Source: an uncultured Alphaproteobacteria bacterium (GTDB lineage Bacteria > Pseudomonadota > Alphaproteobacteria > UBA8366 > JADFVY01). Taken from it: a stretch of DNA of 64,000 nucleotides. Below are positions 40,488 through 50,973 of this stretch, piece after piece (the stretch's first letter is position 1; every line of letters begins with the position of its first letter). The stretch is taken from NCBI GenBank assembly GCA_947259795.1, contig CAMYNJ010000139.1, positions 7,850-71,849 of the forward strand, given 5' to 3'. A program made the translations under genes and the position numbers. The notes below the pieces were generated by a model, which was not told where the DNA came from, did no database searches, and was given only the letters and a program-made list of their open reading frames with translations.

Positions 40488-41587
40488 GGGGTCAGCCCCC
40501 GGAACAGGGTGGGCACCTCAAGCGGCAGGAAGCCGTAATGCTTCAGCCAGCGCAGATCGGCATCGAAGAAGGTCCGAAGGTCGGGGATGCCGTATTTCAG
40601 CATGGCGAGACGCTCGATCCCCATGCCGAAGGCGAATCCTTGATATTCCGCCGGGTCGATGCCGCAGGCAGCCAGCACCTTCGGATTCACCATGCCGCAG
40701 CCGAGGATTTCCAGCCAGTCGTCGCCGGCGCCGATTTTCAGCTCGCCGCCCTTGCGGGTGCAGCCGATGTCCATTTCCGCCGAGGGTTCCGTGAAGGGGA
40801 AATAGCTGGGGCGGAAGCGCACCGGCACGTCCGCAACCTCAAAGTAGGCGCGCACGAACTCGATCAGGCAGCCTTTCAGATGCCCCATATGGATACGGCC
40901 GGTCCTGTCGACGATCAGCCCTTCGACCTGATGGAACATCGGCGTATGGGTCATGTCGCTGTCGCAGCGATAGGTGCGGCCCGGCGCGATGATGCGCAAG
41001 GGAATGCCCGACTCGTCCTTTTTCGCCGTCGCCGCCTGCATGGCGCGGATCTGCACCGGCGAGGTATGTGTGCGCAGCAACATGCGGCTGCCGTCTTGCT
41101 TTTCCGGCAAATAGAAAGTGTCGTGCATTTGCCGGGCGGGATGTTCCGGCGGGATGTTGAGGGCGGTGAAATTGTGGAAATCGTCCTCGATGTCCGGGCC
41201 CTCGGCGATTGAAAAGCCCATCTCGCCCAGAATCGCGATGATCTCGTCGAGGGTCTGGCTGATCGGGTGCAGCCGGCCTTCGGCCTCGGGCCGCACTGGC
41301 AGGGTGACGTCGACCGTCTCCGCCGCCAACTGGCCTTCCAGCTCGGCATTTTCCAATGCGCTCTTGCGCGCTTCCATCGCCGCCGCGACCGCATCCTTCA
41401 CCGCGTTCAGCGCCTGGCCGTTCTTGCGACGCTCCTCCGGCGACAATTGGCCGAGCGTCTTCATCAGGCCGGTAATGCGGCCCTTCTTGCCCAGCGCCGA
41501 AACGCGAAGCTCTTCTAGCGCCTCCGCCGAATCCGCAGATTCGACAGCGGCGAGAAGCTCTTCACGCAGTGCGTTCAGATCGTCCAT
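40484..41587 (-). CDS. pheS: Phenylalanine--tRNA ligase alpha subunit
   Basis: [11 protein letters not shown] motif, class II motifs, 367 aa. Confidence 0.97.
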   Translation of the reverse strand: MDDLNALREELLAAVESADSAEALEELRVSALGKKGRITGLMKTLGQLSPEERRKNGQALNAVKDAVAAAMEARKSALENAELEGQLAAETVDVTLPVRPEAEGRLHPISQTLDEIIAILGEMGFSIAEGPDIEDDFHNFTALNIPPEHPARQMHDTFYLPEKQDGSRMLLRTHTSPVQIRAMQAATAKKDESGIPLRIIAPGRTYRCDSDMTHTPMFHQVEGLIVDRTGRIHMGHLKGCLIEFVRAYFEVADVPVRFRPSYFPFTEPSAEMDIGCTRKGGELKIGAGDDWLEILGCGMVNPKVLAACGIDPAEYQGFAFGMGIERLAMLKYGIPDLRTFFDADLRWLKHYGFLPLEVPTLFRGLTP

Positions 41588-41632
41588 CGGGATATCGCCG
41601 CCGGCACTCGCCGGCGCTCCACCCTCAAACCC

Positions 41633-42001
41633 TTATTTCGTGGCGGCTGCCAGGGCGTCGCGCGCCTGGCCGACAAGCGACTCGAAGGCCGCCGGTTCGC
41701 TGACGGCGAGTTCGGCCAGGATCTTGCGATCCAGGTCGATCTCGGCCTTTTTCAGGCCGTTCATGAACTGCGAATAGGTCAGGCCGTGCTGCCGCGAGCC
41801 GGCATTGATACGCTGGATCCACAGGCTGCGGAAATCGCGCTTGCGCGTGCGGCGGTCGCGATAGGCGTATTGCAGGTTCTTCTCGACCCGCTGGATCGCG
41901 GCGCGGAAGGTATTCTTCGAGCGGCCGCGCGATCCCTTGGCCAGTTTCAGTATTTTTTTGTGACGGGCGTGCGTGGTGACGCCCCGCTTGACGCGTGCCA
42001 T
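41633..42001 (-). CDS. rplT: 50S ribosomal protein L20
   Basis: [24 protein letters not shown]-terminus. Confidence 0.97.
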   Translation of the reverse strand: MARVKRGVTTHARHKKILKLAKGSRGRSKNTFRAAIQRVEKNLQYAYRDRRTRKRDFRSLWIQRINAGSRQHGLTYSQFMNGLKKAEIDLDRKILAELAVSEPAAFESLVGQARDALAAATK

Positions 42002-42027
42002 TATTCAGACTCCTTGACGATCGGGCT

Positions 42028-42228
42028 TCAGGCGTTGGGCAGGAAATGGCGCTTGACGGTCTTGGCGTCGGCGGCGGCCATGATCTGCGTGCCACGGTTG
42101 GTTCGCTTCATCTTCTGCGAACGGCGGCGAAGCATATGGCTGAGGCCGGCGCTGTTGAATCGCACCTTGCCACGCGCGGTCAAACGGAAGCGCTTTTTGG
42201 CGCTGCTCTTGGTCTTGATCTTGGGCAT
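42028..42228 (-). CDS. rpmI: 50S ribosomal protein L35
   Basis: [15 protein letters not shown]-terminus, 66 aa. This is the internal start of the longer track ORF 42028..42483. Confidence 0.95.
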   Translation of the reverse strand: MPKIKTKSSAKKRFRLTARGKVRFNSAGLSHMLRRRSQKMKRTNRGTQIMAAADAKTVKRHFLPNA

Positions 42229-42507
42229 TTTATGTCCTTTCTCTGTAAAAGGCGGCCGGGCATACCCTCGGGCCCGGACGCGCCAGTTCGCGCGGGGTTC
42301 CAAAACCCCGCGCCGCGCGGCCTTATAACGGGTGACGCCCGCCGATGCAAGGGGTGAGGCGGAAAGCATCTCCTGTTCGCTTCCCGGTCCGGCGCGCGAC
42401 GCAATTGCGAAGCGCCGCGAGGTGCTCACGATCGTCGAAAATCGGCTATTCGCAGGTTTCGGAAATCCACGGCCGCCGACCACCCTTTCCAGGGCGCGCG
42501 GCGCGGC

Positions 42508-43050
42508 TCACTTCGACGGCGCCAGCACCATGATCATCTGCCGGCCTTCCATGGTCGGTTCATGCTCGACCTTGGCTTCCTCGTCGGTTTCCTCGCGCAC
42601 CCGGTCCAGCAACTGCATGCCCAATTCCTGATGGGCCATTTCGCGCCCACGGAAGCGGATCGTCACCTTGACCTTGTCGCCCTCGCCGATGAATTTGTGA
42701 ATCGCCCTCATCTTCACGCCATAGTCATGCGTGTCGATGTTGGGGCGCATCTTGATCTCCTTGACCTCGATGATCTTCTGCTTCTTCCGGGCTTCGCTCT
42801 TCTTCTTCTGTTCCTGGTATTTGAGCTTCCCGTAATCGAGGATCTTGCAGACCGGTGGGTCGGCGTTGGGCGAAACCTCGACGAGGTCCAGCCCTGCCTG
42901 GGCGGCCCGTTCGAGCGCTTCGTCGATGGAGACGACTCCGACCATTTCGCCATCCGCAGCGACAAGGCGGACGGAGCTGACGGAGATCAATTCATTGATG
43001 CGAGGGCCTTCGCGAACCGGCGGTCCCGCATGTCGTGGTGGTCTGGCTAT
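42508..43050 (-). CDS. infC: Translation initiation factor IF-3, non-canonical ATA start
   Basis: The IF-3 N-domain continues in frame upstream of the track ORF ([29 protein letters not shown]). The SD GAGGAGG lies 5 nt before ATA 43050-43048. There is no in-frame ATG, GTG or TTG between it and the conserved core. Confidence 0.85.
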   Translation of the reverse strand: MARPPRHAGPPVREGPRINELISVSSVRLVAADGEMVGVVSIDEALERAAQAGLDLVEVSPNADPPVCKILDYGKLKYQEQKKKSEARKKQKIIEVKEIKMRPNIDTHDYGVKMRAIHKFIGEGDKVKVTIRFRGREMAHQELGMQLLDRVREETDEEAKVEHEPTMEGRQMIMVLAPSK

Positions 43051-43110
43051 AGAAACCTCCTCAGTTTTTTTGCCGAATAAAGAATAGTCCGTTTTGCCAT
43101 CGCCGGGCCG

Positions 43111-45054
43111 TCAGGCGTCCGGCGGTCGCGATTCAGCCTTAAGTGTAGGTAATGCATCGTCGAGCGCAAGAATTTCCTGATCCTTGCCACCAAGCCGCCG
43201 GATTGCAACGGTTCCGGCCTCGGCCTCGCGCGCGCCCACGACCAGCATGACTGGCACTTTCGCGTGGCTGTGCTCACGGACCTTGTAGTTGATTTTTTCC
43301 GGCCTCGTGTCCAGTTCGGCCCTGATTCCGGCCTCGACCAGCGCGCGATGCACCTCGGCCGCGTAACCGTCGGCGTCGTTGGTGATGGTCGTGACCACAG
43401 CCTGGACCGGCGCCAGCCACAGCGGGAAGCGGCCGGCATATTGCTCGATCAGCACGCCGATGAAGCGTTCGAACGACCCCAGGATCGCGCGGTGCAGCAT
43501 TACAGGGCGGTGCTTGACCCCGTCCTCGCCGACATAGGACGCGTCCAGCCGCTCAGGCAGCACGAAATCGACCTGCAGCGTGCCGCACTGCCAGTCGCGT
43601 CCGATCGTGTCCTTCAGTACGAATTCCAGCTTCGGGCCGTAGAACGCGCCCTCACCCGGGTTCACCGTATAGTCGAGCCCTGCCGCCCTGGTCGCCTCCA
43701 GCAATGCCGCCTCCGCTTTGTCCCAGATCGCATCTTCGCCCGCGCGAACATCCGGGCGATCCGAGAATTTCACCACGACATCGGTAAAGCCGAAATCGCG
43801 ATAGATCGACAGCAGCAGTTCGCAAAATGCCTCGGTCTCCGAGGTGATCTGGTCCTCGGTGCAGAAAATATGCGCGTCGTCCTGGGTAAAGGCGCGCACA
43901 CGCATCAACCCGTGCAGCGCGCCTGAAGGCTCGTAACGATGGCACGATCCGAATTCGGCCATGCGCAATGGCAGATCGCGATAGCTCTTGATCCCCTGGC
44001 GGAAAATCTGCACATGGCCGGGGCAGTTCATGGGTTTCAGCGCCAACATGCGGCGATTGGCGCCATCGGCGCCGGAGTCCGACTCGTCCACCTCCACGAC
44101 GAACATGTTCTCGCGGAACTTTTCCCAGTGGCCCGACTTCTCCCATAGCGTCCGGTCGACCAGTTGCGGCGTCTTTACCTCAATATAATGAGCGTCCTCC
44201 AGCCGTCGGCGCATGTAGTCCTGGCAGATGCGGTAAAGCGACCATCCCTTCGGGTGCCAGAAAATGCTGCCCGCCGCCTCTTCCTGGATGTGGAACAGGT
44301 CCATCTCGCGGCCCAGCCGGCGATGGTCGCGCTTCTCGGCCTCTTCCAGCCTCGTCAGATAGGCTTTCATCTCCTTGTCGGTACGCCATGCGGTTCCGTA
44401 AATGCGCTGCAGCTGGGTGTTGCGCGCGTCGCCGCGCCAATAGGCGCCGGCCAGCTTCATCAGCTTGAAAGCCTTGCCCAGTTTGCCCGTGGACGGCAGA
44501 TGCGGACCGGTGCACAGATCCAGCCATTCACCCTGGCGGTAGATCGAAATATCCGCATCGTGCGGCAGGGTCTCGATATGCTCCGCCTTGAAATTTTCGC
44601 CCCTGTCCTTGAAGAAGCGAATTGCCTCGTCGCGGTCCCAGACTTCGCGGGTGATCGCCTCGTCACGGTCGACGATTTCCCGCATGCGCTTTTCGATCTT
44701 CACCAGGTCGTCGGGCGTAAAGGGTTCCTCGCGATAGAAATCGTAATAGAATCCGTCCTCGATCGCCGGTCCGAAAGTCACCTGTACGCCGGGATACAGC
44801 TCCTGCACGGCTTCCGCCATGACATGCGCCGCGTCGTGGCGCAGCAATTCCAGCGCCTCGTCGCTGTCGCGGGTGACGATGGCCACCGCGGCATCGCCGC
44901 CGATGACATGGGCGAGATCCTTCTCCTCGCCATCGACGACCAGCGCAAGCGCGGCCTTGGCCAGGCCCGGCCCGATGGAGGCGGCAAGTTCGGCCCCGCT
45001 GACCGGCTTGTCGAATTCGCGGACGCTGCCGTCCGGAAGCGTGATGGCTACCAT
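43111..45054 (-). CDS. thrS: Threonine--tRNA ligase
   Basis: TGS domain at the N-terminus, class II core, 647 aa, heading the thrS-infC-rpmI-rplT-pheST cluster. Confidence 0.97.
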   Translation of the reverse strand: MVAITLPDGSVREFDKPVSGAELAASIGPGLAKAALALVVDGEEKDLAHVIGGDAAVAIVTRDSDEALELLRHDAAHVMAEAVQELYPGVQVTFGPAIEDGFYYDFYREEPFTPDDLVKIEKRMREIVDRDEAITREVWDRDEAIRFFKDRGENFKAEHIETLPHDADISIYRQGEWLDLCTGPHLPSTGKLGKAFKLMKLAGAYWRGDARNTQLQRIYGTAWRTDKEMKAYLTRLEEAEKRDHRRLGREMDLFHIQEEAAGSIFWHPKGWSLYRICQDYMRRRLEDAHYIEVKTPQLVDRTLWEKSGHWEKFRENMFVVEVDESDSGADGANRRMLALKPMNCPGHVQIFRQGIKSYRDLPLRMAEFGSCHRYEPSGALHGLMRVRAFTQDDAHIFCTEDQITSETEAFCELLLSIYRDFGFTDVVVKFSDRPDVRAGEDAIWDKAEAALLEATRAAGLDYTVNPGEGAFYGPKLEFVLKDTIGRDWQCGTLQVDFVLPERLDASYVGEDGVKHRPVMLHRAILGSFERFIGVLIEQYAGRFPLWLAPVQAVVTTITNDADGYAAEVHRALVEAGIRAELDTRPEKINYKVREHSHAKVPVMLVVGAREAEAGTVAIRRLGGKDQEILALDDALPTLKAESRPPDA

Positions 45055-45122
45055 GATATCTGCGACAAATGGGATCGATCTGGTTCAGTCTTTACGGCCA
45101 CAGCCGTTTCAAGCGCCTTCAT

Positions 45123-46067
45123 CTAGCGTAAGCGCAAGGCCGCCGCAACCTCGCTGACCGGCAGATCGGCGAGATTTTCTTTCCGGAGCATCACGACATA
45201 GCGCCCGCGCGGCGCATTGCGGTCCGGATCGGAGGCTGCCGAGAGCATGATGGCGGTGGGGCAGCCGACCGCCGCTACAAGATGCACAACGCCGCTGTCG
45301 TTGCCCAGCGCGGCGCTGGCGTGGGTGGCGAGAACAGCCACATCGAACAGCGACGTGCGGCCGGTAAGGTCCATCGCTTCCGGCGAGGCCGCGGCAATAA
45401 CCTGGTTGACGGCGGCGTCGGCCTGTTCGCCTATGATCACGGGCCGCCGGCCTTCGATCGCCAACCGCCGCGCAAGCTCGGAGAACCGTTTCGCGGGCCA
45501 CCCCAGCCCTTCCCGTGCGAAGGTTCCGCCGGGCGCGATCAGGACATAACCGTCCTGCAGCCCGTAACGCCCGCCATAGCCGGCGGTCAGCCAGGAAAGG
45601 TCGGGTGTCGGCATGTCGGCAATGCCGGCGTCGGCCAGTTGGTGGACCAGCTGCTCGACGTAATGTTCGGGGATGTTCTGCGAGGCCCGCAGGAAGGGCA
45701 GGAAGCCTCTGCTGCTGTATGACCAATTGGCCTTGTTGCCCCAGAAATCCCTCGTCCAGAATCGATAGCGGCCGGTGCGCTGCGAATTATCCAGGTCGTA
45801 GACAAGGTCCAGCGGCGTGCGGCGCAGGCGGCGAATCAACCCGGCCACCTTGCCCAACCGGCCCCAGGCGGGGGCGCCGTCCGCCCAGACCTCGTCGAAC
45901 CAGCCACTCTTGCGGGCCAACTCGCCATAGCGCTTGGTGGTCATCAGGATGATGTGGGCGTCGGCATGATGGCGCCGGATCGCATTGAAGGCGCCGAAGG
46001 CCAGGACGAAATCGCTGAAACCGCCCAGTTTAATGACAAGAACCCGGCGGACAGGCTGGCGGCTCAT
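45123..46067 (-). CDS. Glycosyltransferase family 9 (heptosyltransferase-like)
   Basis: N-terminal RVLVIKLGGFSDFVL and C-terminal GNDSGVVHLVAAVGCP motifs typical of GT9. Confidence 0.8.
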   Translation of the reverse strand: MSRQPVRRVLVIKLGGFSDFVLAFGAFNAIRRHHADAHIILMTTKRYGELARKSGWFDEVWADGAPAWGRLGKVAGLIRRLRRTPLDLVYDLDNSQRTGRYRFWTRDFWGNKANWSYSSRGFLPFLRASQNIPEHYVEQLVHQLADAGIADMPTPDLSWLTAGYGGRYGLQDGYVLIAPGGTFAREGLGWPAKRFSELARRLAIEGRRPVIIGEQADAAVNQVIAAASPEAMDLTGRTSLFDVAVLATHASAALGNDSGVVHLVAAVGCPTAIMLSAASDPDRNAPRGRYVVMLRKENLADLPVSEVAAALRLR

Positions 46068-47251
46068 CGTGGGTCGCCCAGCAGTTCAAGATAGACCGCG
46101 ATGGTGGCGTCGCACATCTTTCTTGTCGTGAAGTTGTCGCGCACCCTCGCAATCGCTGCCTGCGCCAGGCGCTCGCGCGCATCCGTATCCAGGTCCAATA
46201 CCTTTTCCAGCGCCCTGGCCAGCGCGGTCGGGTCGCTGGGTGGCACCAGCCAGCCGGTGACTTCCGGCAGCAGAATTTCCGGCGCGGCGCCATGGTTGGG
46301 GGCGATCACCGGCTTGCCGATTGCCTGGGCCTCGGCGACAACCCGGCCGAACGCTTCGGGCTCGGTCGAGGCCGAAATCACCACGTCCGACAGTTTGTAG
46401 GCCGCCGCCATGTCACGGCAATTGCCGACGATATGGACGACGCTCTGCAAACCCAGCTTTTCCACCATCGCTTCCAGCTCCGGCCGGTAGGCGGTGCGGC
46501 CCTGGTCGTCGCCGACGATCAGGCAGCGCATCGGCCGGTCCTTGATCTGCGCCAGCGCCTCGAACAGGACCTGGTGCCCCTTCCAGCGGGTCAGCCGTCC
46601 GGGCAGCATCACCACCGGCACGCCGTCCGGAATGCGCCATTCCGTCGCCAGATGGATGACCCGTTCGGCGCTCGTCCTGGCTGGGTCGAAAATATCGATA
46701 TTGACGCCCCGGTGGATCACCCGGATACGGTCGGGGTCGACCTTCCTGTAGTTGTCCAGGATATAGCCGCGGATGAATTCCGATATGGCGATTACCCGGT
46801 CCCCGCGGGTCATGACGGAGTTATAAAGGCGCTTGAAGGGAAGTCCGAAACCGTATGGCCCATGCACGGTTGTAACGAAAGGCGTTCCGGTCCGCCGGGC
46901 CGCTCCAAGCGCACTCCAGGCCGGCGCGCGGCTGCGCGCATGGATCAGGTCGACGCCGTACTCGTTGACGACCCTGGCAAGCCGGCCGATATTTTTGCGC
47001 ATGACAAAGGGATTTTTCGAATGAGCCGGCAACTGGATATGCTTACCGCCCGTCCGTTCGATATCGCGCACCATCGGTCCGCCACTGGAGATCACCAGGG
47101 CCGTCCAGCCGGCTTCCGTCAGGGCCGCGGTCATCTCCACGGTGCCGCGTTCCACGCCGCCGCCGCCCAGCGAAGGCAAAACCTGCAGGATGACGGGCGC
47201 ATGTCCGGTTGACGGGCCGGCCGTCATGCTGGTTGTATCGGAAGCTGTCAT
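46064..47251 (-). CDS. Glycosyltransferase family 4 (GT-B, group 1)
   Basis: LPSLGGGGVER N-terminal motif and the E-x7-E region (EPEAFGRVVAEAQAIGKPV). 4-nt overlap with the GT9 gene. Confidence 0.85.
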   Translation of the reverse strand: MTASDTTSMTAGPSTGHAPVILQVLPSLGGGGVERGTVEMTAALTEAGWTALVISSGGPMVRDIERTGGKHIQLPAHSKNPFVMRKNIGRLARVVNEYGVDLIHARSRAPAWSALGAARRTGTPFVTTVHGPYGFGLPFKRLYNSVMTRGDRVIAISEFIRGYILDNYRKVDPDRIRVIHRGVNIDIFDPARTSAERVIHLATEWRIPDGVPVVMLPGRLTRWKGHQVLFEALAQIKDRPMRCLIVGDDQGRTAYRPELEAMVEKLGLQSVVHIVGNCRDMAAAYKLSDVVISASTEPEAFGRVVAEAQAIGKPVIAPNHGAAPEILLPEVTGWLVPPSDPTALARALEKVLDLDTDARERLAQAAIARVRDNFTTRKMCDATIAVYLELLGDPR

Positions 47252-47329
47252 ATGCCGAGTTTATCTCCTGCGGGGGGTCTCGCCGGCTCCCCTTTGAACC
47301 GGACATACCAACTGGATACCGCAATTTCA

Positions 47330-48073
47330 ATGCTGCTCAACTCCCACGAACCCCGCATCGCGTTCAACCGAATTGCCGGAAAAGGCCCCGAAGTCATGTT
47401 CTGCGGCGGTTTCCGGTCGAATATGGCGGGAACCAAGGCGTTGGCGCTGGAAGTGCATTGCACCGCCGCGGGGCGGGCCTGCACACGGTTCGACTATCGC
47501 GGTCATGGCGAGTCGGACGGCGCCTTCACCGGCGGCACGATCGGCGGCTGGCTGGAAGATACGCTGGCCGTGCTGGATGAGGTGACGCGTGAGCCTGTCG
47601 TCCTGGTCGGCTCGTCGATGGGAGCATGGATTGCCCTGCTTGCCGCAAAAGTGCGCCCCGATCGCGTGAAGGGGGTGGCGCTGGTCGCGCCCGCCGTCGA
47701 TTTCACCGAGGCCCTGATCTGGGAGCGCCTGCCTGCGGCCGACCGCGCAATCCTCGAGCGCGACGGGGTTTGGCTGCGACAGTCCGACTATGTCGAGGAA
47801 CCCGACCAGATCACCCTGGAGCTGATCGAGGAGGGACGGAACCACTTGCTGCTCGGCGGGCCGATCCAATTCGACGGGCCGGTACGCATCCTGCACGGCA
47901 TGGAGGACGAGACCGTGCCCTGGCGGTTCGCCATTCGCGTGGCCGAGGCGCTGACTGGCAGGGACGTAATCGTTACCCTCGTCAAGAACGGTGATCACCG
48001 TTTGTCGGACGAGGAAAATCTGTCCCGGCTGCTGGCCGCTGTCGACGAGGTGGCGGCAAGGGTAGCCCTATAG
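47330..48073 (+). CDS. Alpha/beta-fold hydrolase
   Basis: Nucleophile elbow GSSMGAW and C-terminal GDHRL (His). Start taken at ATG 47330; the track ORF starts at 47252. Confidence 0.8.
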   Translation: MLLNSHEPRIAFNRIAGKGPEVMFCGGFRSNMAGTKALALEVHCTAAGRACTRFDYRGHGESDGAFTGGTIGGWLEDTLAVLDEVTREPVVLVGSSMGAWIALLAAKVRPDRVKGVALVAPAVDFTEALIWERLPAADRAILERDGVWLRQSDYVEEPDQITLELIEEGRNHLLLGGPIQFDGPVRILHGMEDETVPWRFAIRVAEALTGRDVIVTLVKNGDHRLSDEENLSRLLAAVDEVAARVAL

Positions 48074-48934
48074 CAGCCCCTTCAGCCCTTCCCGGTAAGT
48101 GGGCCATTTCAGCCGGACGCCGAGTTCCTCCTTGATGCGCCTGTTGGAGACGCGCTTGCTCTCGCCATAAAAGCTCAGGGCCATCGGCGACAGGCTCGCC
48201 TTCACTGCGTCGAAATCCTGCAGCGGCGGCGCTTCCACGCCAAGCAATTCGCAGGCATGAGCGATCACCACGTCGGGCGGCGCGGGTTCGTCATCGGCGA
48301 GGTTATAGGCGGCGCCCGGGTTCGGATGTTCTATGGAGGCCGTCAGCGTCTGCACGATGTCGTCCAGGTGAATGCGCCCGAAGACCTGCCCCGGCCGGTG
48401 AATACGCCGCGCGCGACCCTGCCGCACGGTTTCCAGCGCGTTGCGGCCTGGTCCATATATGCCGGCCAGGCGGAAGATATGGACCGGAATGCCGTGCTCT
48501 TTCCAAAGGTTGAGCCAAGCGTCCTCGGCCATGACCCTGCGTCGGCCGCGCTCAGAAGCCGGGATGCGGTCCGAGGATTCGTCCACTTCGCCGCCCTCCC
48601 TGTCTCCATAAACGCCGGTCGTGGACAGGTAACCGGCCCATTGCAGGTCCGCCATGCCGGCGATGTCGGCGCCATGCGCCGCGATGATCGGGTCTGCCGC
48701 CTCTCCGGGCGGTACCGACGACAACAGATGTGTCGAGCCGGCCAGGGCACCGGCGAAATCCTCCAGCGGCCGGCCCTCGTCAAACGGGAATACCTCCCAT
48801 CCGCGATCCGAGATGGCCCGATGCGCGTCCACGTCGCGGCGGGTGCCGGCAATACGCCAACCGTCGGATGACAGCCGGTCGGCCAGCGCCCGTGCCGTAT
48901 ATCCCAAACCGAAGCAAAACAACTTATTTTTCAT
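48068..48934 (-). CDS. SDR-family NAD(P)-dependent epimerase/oxidoreductase
   Basis: An N-terminal glycine-rich motif (FCFGLGYTA), about 288 aa, and a general resemblance to atypical SDRs. Confidence 0.7.
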   Translation of the reverse strand: MKNKLFCFGLGYTARALADRLSSDGWRIAGTRRDVDAHRAISDRGWEVFPFDEGRPLEDFAGALAGSTHLLSSVPPGEAADPIIAAHGADIAGMADLQWAGYLSTTGVYGDREGGEVDESSDRIPASERGRRRVMAEDAWLNLWKEHGIPVHIFRLAGIYGPGRNALETVRQGRARRIHRPGQVFGRIHLDDIVQTLTASIEHPNPGAAYNLADDEPAPPDVVIAHACELLGVEAPPLQDFDAVKASLSPMALSFYGESKRVSNRRIKEELGVRLKWPTYREGLKGLL

Positions 48935-49084
48935 GGCATTGGCATCTTAACCGGATATTCATGGACTGCGTTAATTCTTTCGTTGCATCTATCCGTTAGT
49001 ATGTATTTCAAGACCCGACAATCAGGGTTAGACGGGTCGAAAAAACAAAAGCTACGGGTTACGGACAGTTATAGGGGAACCATA

Positions 49085-49216
49085 ATGACGGAAATGATCT
49101 ACCTTGGGCTCGGCATCGTCCTCTTGCTCGCTCTGAACGCCGCTTACGCGGGATGGCGCGGCGGCCAGTCGCGCAGGGCGCGAGCCGAACGAAACAATCC
49201 ATTCAAAAGCGGGTAA
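49085..49216 (+). CDS. Small single-pass membrane protein (43 aa), hypothetical
   Basis: SD AGGGGA 6 nt before the ATG, one hydrophobic helix followed by a basic tail, and genome-like codon usage. Confidence 0.4.
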   Translation: MTEMIYLGLGIVLLLALNAAYAGWRGGQSRRARAERNNPFKSG

Positions 49217-49270
49217 GTTCGCGCGACCCGATCGATCCTGGGGGCGGCTGCCGGTCTAACGGACACCGGA

Positions 49271-50230
49271 CTAACCCGCCTCGTCGTCGGCCGCCTGCTG
49301 GTCCTGCGCTGCACGGTCATGCGCATCGACGCTTTGCGCTTCGATGAAGATGCGTTTGACCTGCGGATGTTTGGCCTTGACCGCCTGCTCCAGTTGCGAG
49401 ACGGCGGCCTCCACCTGCTCGGCAGAGAGGCCGTCCGCGAAATCCACGCTCAGATTGGTCAGGATGTCCTCCGGACCCAGATGCATGGTCAGCACCTCGT
49501 TGACGGACTTGACACCTTCCTGCGCCAACGCGGCCTTGCGGATGCTCGTGATCACTGCCGGGCTGGCGGCCTCGCCGATCAGCAGCCCCTTGCATTCGTA
49601 TGCCAGCAGGGCGGCGGTCGTGGCCAGGATCACGCCGATGACGATTGCAGCTGCTCCGTCCAGCACCGGCATGTGAAGATACTGGGCCAGCGCGATGCCG
49701 ATCATCGCGGCAGCCAGTCCCAGCATGGCGGCCGAATCCTCGAACAGGACGGTGAATTTGGTCGGGTCCTTGCTGCGCCTGATTTCCGCCATCCATCCGC
49801 GCTTGCCCTTGCCTTTGCGGAATTCCCGAAAGGCGATCCACCAGGCTCCGCCCTCAAACAACATCGCCAGGCTGAGCACGATATAGTTTATGATTGGGTT
49901 GCCGAGTTCATGCGGGTTGATGACCCTGTTCAGCCCCTCGTAAAAGGAAATGCCGGCGCCCAGCCCGAAAATCAGAATCGCCACGATGAAGGCCCAGAAA
50001 TACTCCTCCATCCCGTAGCCGAAGGGGTGTTGCTCGTCGGCCGGTCTTTTCGAACGCTTCAGGCCATACAGCAGCAGCACCTGGTTGCCGGTGTCGACCA
50101 GCGAATGCACGGCCTCGCTGAGCATCGCCGACGAACCCGTATAGGCGCTCGCCCCGAACTTTGTTACTGCAATCAGCGAGTTCCCGATCAGGGCCGCATA
50201 GATAACGCGCTTCGATCCGCCAGATGCCAT
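49271..50230 (-). CDS. Cation diffusion facilitator family transporter
   Basis: CDF signature region (SAMLSEAVHSLVDTGNQ), six TM helices, and a C-terminal cytoplasmic domain. Confidence 0.88.
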   Translation of the reverse strand: MASGGSKRVIYAALIGNSLIAVTKFGASAYTGSSAMLSEAVHSLVDTGNQVLLLYGLKRSKRPADEQHPFGYGMEEYFWAFIVAILIFGLGAGISFYEGLNRVINPHELGNPIINYIVLSLAMLFEGGAWWIAFREFRKGKGKRGWMAEIRRSKDPTKFTVLFEDSAAMLGLAAAMIGIALAQYLHMPVLDGAAAIVIGVILATTAALLAYECKGLLIGEAASPAVITSIRKAALAQEGVKSVNEVLTMHLGPEDILTNLSVDFADGLSAEQVEAAVSQLEQAVKAKHPQVKRIFIEAQSVDAHDRAAQDQQAADDEAG

Positions 50231-50239
50231 GATGTTTTC

Positions 50240-50908
50240 CTAGAAATCCAGATCCGCGTAATGTTTTGGAGGGGGACAGCCGGGGATGCTGTCGGCCAGC
50301 AGTGGCCGGAAGGCGGGCCGCGACTTCACCTTCATATACCACTCCTTGGCGGTCTCATGGTCGCTCCAGGGCACGTCGCCGAGATAATCCACCGCCGACA
50401 GATGCGCGGCGGCGGCGATATCGGCCAGCGAAAACTCGTCGCCCGCCAGCCAGTTGCGGCGCTCCATCAGCCAGGCGATGTAATCGAGATGATGGTGGAT
50501 GTTGGCATGGCCCGCGCGAATCGCCGACGAGTTCGGCTCACCCATCCCGAGAAACCGCTTCATGATCTTTTCTTCGACCAGATTTTCGGTGACTTCCCGT
50601 CCGAACTTCTCGTCGAACCAGGCGACGAGGCGGCGCACCTCGGCGCGGCCGCCCGGGTCGGTGCCGATCAGCGGTGGGTCGGGGTAGACTTCCTCGATAT
50701 ATTCGACGATCGCGCTATGGGCGGCGATGACCCTGCCGTCGGGTTCGACGAGCACGGGCACCGACCCCGCCGGGTTGACCGCCAGGAATTCCGGCCGCCG
50801 GTCCCAGACCTTCTCGACCTTCATCTCGAAGTCGAGTGATTTTGTCGCCAACTGCAGGCGAACCTTGCGGCATTGCGGCGACAGCCAGAGATGGAAAAGC
50901 GTGCGCAT
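50240..50908 (-). CDS. Glutathione S-transferase family protein
   Basis: Thioredoxin-like N-domain (SPQCRKVRL, GSVPVL) and a helical C-domain. Confidence 0.85.
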   Translation of the reverse strand: MRTLFHLWLSPQCRKVRLQLATKSLDFEMKVEKVWDRRPEFLAVNPAGSVPVLVEPDGRVIAAHSAIVEYIEEVYPDPPLIGTDPGGRAEVRRLVAWFDEKFGREVTENLVEEKIMKRFLGMGEPNSSAIRAGHANIHHHLDYIAWLMERRNWLAGDEFSLADIAAAAHLSAVDYLGDVPWSDHETAKEWYMKVKSRPAFRPLLADSIPGCPPPKHYADLDF

Positions 50909-50973
50909 GGGCCGCAGTTATATCCGCAACCGCGGTCCGCGCGCCACCTGTAAGTTATGACCGAATCACGCTG

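Noticed and set aside
41588-45054. The thrS-infC-rpmI-rplT-pheS-pheT cluster considered as something unusual
   Set aside because: This is the canonical, widely conserved bacterial arrangement. Only the infC start codon and the infC-rpmI spacer merit comment.
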